Source: Actinomycetota bacterium
GTDB lineage: Bacteria > Actinomycetota > UBA4738 > HRBIN12
DNA: 64,000 nucleotides
Direction: 5' to 3'
Assembly: GCA_035519495.1 (NCBI GenBank)
Contig: DATIWE010000061.1
Span: 1,832-65,831 of the forward strand
In this document: positions 61,570 to 64,000 of the stretch, in pieces
Layout of the letters: every line of letters begins with the position of its first letter
How positions within the stretch are numbered: position 1 is the stretch's first letter
The notes under the pieces: generated by a model
Told to the model about the DNA's origin: nothing
What the model saw: only the letters and a program-made list of their open reading frames with translations
The model's database searches: none
Made by a program: the position numbers and the translations under genes

Positions 61570-61585
61570 CGCCTCGCGAGGCGTC
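61568..61585. terminator. 18-bp perfect palindrome after tnaA
   Basis: GACGCCTCGCGAGGCGTC overlapping the stop codon. Confidence 0.55.
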
Positions 61586-61609
61586 CGGGTCGCCGGGTAC
61601 CCTGAGCCC

Positions 61610-64000
61610 ATGCGCATCGCGTTCGTCTCGACCTACCCGCCGCGCCGCTGCGGCATCGCGACGTTCACCTCGGACCTGATCCGAGCCGTCCGCGAGGCCG
61701 ACCCTCGGACCCAGGCCCGCGTGGCCGCGATCGACGAGCGGAACGCCGTGCGGGCCTACGGCTCGGAGGTCCGCTGGCGGATCCGCCAGGGCAGCGCGAT
61801 GCCCTACCGGGCGGCGGCGCACGAGATCGACCGGTCGAACGCCGACATCGTCTGCGTCCAGCACGAGTTCGGCCTCTACGGTCTATGGAAGGGCGGCGGG
61901 TTCGTCGGCGACCACTGGATCGAGGGCACGTACGAGGACCACCTCACGCCGTTCCTCGAGGAGCTGAAGCACAAGCCGGCGCTCGTGACGTTGCACACCG
62001 TGCTGCCCGATCCGTCCCCGGCGATCCGCGACGCGGTCCGGTCGATCGCCGATGCCGCACACGGGCTCGTGGTCATGGCCGAGACCGCGGTCACGATCCT
62101 CGACGAGGTCTACGGCGTCACCGCGAAGCCGACGGTGATCCCCCACGGGATGCCGCACATCGAGCCGCAGGGCCGCCGCCGGCTGAAGGCGAAGCTCGAC
62201 CTCGACGGGCGACAGATCATCTCGACCTTCGGGTTGGTGGGCCCCGGGAAGGGCCTCGAGTACGTGATCGAGGCGATGCCCGAGATCGCGGGGCGCCACC
62301 CGGACGCGCTCTACCTGATCGCCGGCCAGACCCACCCGGAACTGCTCCGCCAGCGCGGCGAGGAATACCGCAACAAGCTGATCCAGCTGGTCGAGGAGCT
62401 CGAACTGACGGACAACGTCCTGTTCGTGAACCAGTACCTCGAACAGAAGGACATCATCGAGTACCTGCTGGCGACCGACGTCTACGTGACGCCGTACCTC
62501 GACCCCAACCAGATCACGAGCGGCACGTTGTCGTACGCGCTCGGGGCCGGCAAGGCGGTGGTCTCCACGCCGTACCTGCACGCGCTCGAGGCGCTGGACA
62601 ACGACCGGGGGCTCCTCGTGGAGTTCCGCTCGCCGCAGAGCATCGCGGACGCCGTGATCCGGATCCTCGACGACCCGAAGCTGAAGGGGCGCCTGGAGAA
62701 GAACGCGTACCGCTACGCGAACCAGGCCACGTGGCCGAAGACCGGCGCTCGCTTCCTGTCCGCGATGGAAGAGCTGGTGGCCGAGCACGCGCCGGCGCCG
62801 AAGGCACGCCGTTCCGAGCGTGCGACGCTCAAGATCGCGCACCGGGTGCACGCGAACCCGCTCATCACGCCGGCGAGCGTGACGCCGTCGCAGCCGGGGT
62901 TCGAGGTGATCTCGACGATCAACCCCGGCGTGACGAAGCTCGGGGACGAGGTCGTGATGCTGGTGCGGGTGGCCGAGCGTCCACGACGTGATGCCCAGCC
63001 CGACCCGGACGCCCAGATGATCGACCTCTCCGGCTCGCGGCCGCGCCCCGTCCCGCTGCCGGGCGGCCTCCAGGCGGATCAGCTGATCGGGATGGCGTAC
63101 CTGGACACCGAGCTGGAGCCGCCGAGCGTCGTGATCGGCTACGTCCCGAAGGACCTGCCGGGGCTCGACCTGTCGGATCCTCGGACGATCCGCTACCGGA
63201 ACGCGGCCGGCGGGTTCACGCCGGGCCAGGACGAGTTCACCGACTACCTGTCGCACATCTCGCACCTGCGTCTGGCGCGGAGCACCGACGGGCTCACCTT
63301 CACCGTCGACCCGGATCCGACGGTCGTGCCCTCGACGGCGCTCGAGGAGTACGGGGTCGAGGACCCCCGGATCACGTTGCTCGACGGCGTGTATCAGATC
63401 ACCTACGTGGCCGCGAGCCGCCTGGGCATCTCGACGGCCCGGCTCAGCACCACCGACTTCGTGGCCTTCGAACGGCACGGCACGATGCTGCAGCCCGACC
63501 AGAAGGACGTGGTGCTGTTCCCCGAACGCGTGGGCGGCCGCTACCTGGCCTTCACGCGTCCGATGCCGGGCTCGTTCGGTCGTGTCCTGGGGCTCTGGCT
63601 GGCGGAGAGCGACGACCTGGTCCACTGGGGGAATCCGCGCCCGATCGCGACCCCGCGGCACGGGATGTGGGACGAGATGCGGATCGGCGCCTCGCTGGTG
63701 CCGATCCGCGTGGACGAGGGCTGGCTCGAGCTCTACCACGGGGTCGACCGCCAGAACCGCTACGGGATGGGCGCGATCCTCCTGGACGCCGGGGATCCCA
63801 CGAAGGTCCTCGCGCGGTCACCGAAGCCGCTGATGCTCCCCGAGGCCGACTACGAGCACGACGGGTTCCTCGAGGACGTCGTGTTCCCCTCCGGTCACAT
63901 CGACCTCGGCGGCGGGACGATCCGGGTCTACTACGGCGCCGCCGACGCCACGCTCTGCGCGGCGGACCTCGATCTGGCCGACGTCCTCGGAGCCCTGGTG
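61610..64000 (+). CDS. Partial (runs off right edge) GT4 glycosyltransferase - GH130 mannoside phosphorylase/hydrolase fusion
   Basis: Not in the ORF track. One open frame from ATG 61610: STYPPRRCGIATF, QHEFG, TLHT, TFGLVGPGKG, TPY, SGTLSYA (GT4), then NPG, YGVEDPRIT, KDVVLFP, TRP, YHG, VVFPSG, YYGAAD (GH130). Confidence 0.9.
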   Translation, partial: MRIAFVSTYPPRRCGIATFTSDLIRAVREADPRTQARVAAIDERNAVRAYGSEVRWRIRQGSAMPYRAAAHEIDRSNADIVCVQHEFGLYGLWKGGGFVGDHWIEGTYEDHLTPFLEELKHKPALVTLHTVLPDPSPAIRDAVRSIADAAHGLVVMAETAVTILDEVYGVTAKPTVIPHGMPHIEPQGRRRLKAKLDLDGRQIISTFGLVGPGKGLEYVIEAMPEIAGRHPDALYLIAGQTHPELLRQRGEEYRNKLIQLVEELELTDNVLFVNQYLEQKDIIEYLLATDVYVTPYLDPNQITSGTLSYALGAGKAVVSTPYLHALEALDNDRGLLVEFRSPQSIADAVIRILDDPKLKGRLEKNAYRYANQATWPKTGARFLSAMEELVAEHAPAPKARRSERATLKIAHRVHANPLITPASVTPSQPGFEVISTINPGVTKLGDEVVMLVRVAERPRRDAQPDPDAQMIDLSGSRPRPVPLPGGLQADQLIGMAYLDTELEPPSVVIGYVPKDLPGLDLSDPRTIRYRNAAGGFTPGQDEFTDYLSHISHLRLARSTDGLTFTVDPDPTVVPSTALEEYGVEDPRITLLDGVYQITYVAASRLGISTARLSTTDFVAFERHGTMLQPDQKDVVLFPERVGGRYLAFTRPMPGSFGRVLGLWLAESDDLVHWGNPRPIATPRHGMWDEMRIGASLVPIRVDEGWLELYHGVDRQNRYGMGAILLDAGDPTKVLARSPKPLMLPEADYEHDGFLEDVVFPSGHIDLGGGTIRVYYGAADATLCAADLDLADVLGALV

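Noticed and set aside
1-64000. CRISPR array, IS elements, rRNA
   Set aside because: No regularly spaced repeats, cas or transposase motifs, or rRNA-like segments were seen.

Overview
A very GC-rich (roughly 70% by eye), gene-dense bacterial chromosomal segment, almost certainly Actinomycetota. The fmdB/SAF/galU/moeA/glpR-like/tRNA-Ala neighbourhood and frequent leaderless starts support this; a deep-branching lineage is an inference. I see no transposase, integrase, phage gene, rRNA or CRISPR array. Left to right: (1) a MalT-like LuxR regulator cluster with two flippase-like paralogues, a TRIC channel, DUF389, DUF1345, an arylsulfatase and gadB; (2) cydABDC; (3) an acyl-CoA synthetase/nitrilase/GNAT unit divergent from two Cys-less thiolase-fold genes, two DUF35 domains (one fused) and an acyl-CoA dehydrogenase; (4) yceI/hxlR and amino-acid/amine metabolism genes; (5) tRNA-Ala(CGC) with microprotein ORFs and a translin/TRAX-family gene; (6) moaC-moeA-galU and fmdB-mtnP-SAF-uppP; (7) tldD-pmbA; (8) three GT-C-like membrane glycosyltransferases; (9) ABC-F, DUF1638, rlmN, an alkA-like gene, a STAND adenylate cyclase, an HD protein and tnaA; (10) a GT4-GH130 fusion running off the right edge. 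The best candidates for undescribed biology are the Cys-less thiolase/DUF35 module, the GT4-GH130 fusion, the translin homologue beside a tRNA and the MalT-regulated cluster. Family assignments come from motif recognition by eye, not database searches. Most long entries in the supplied ORF track are GC-rich shadow frames.
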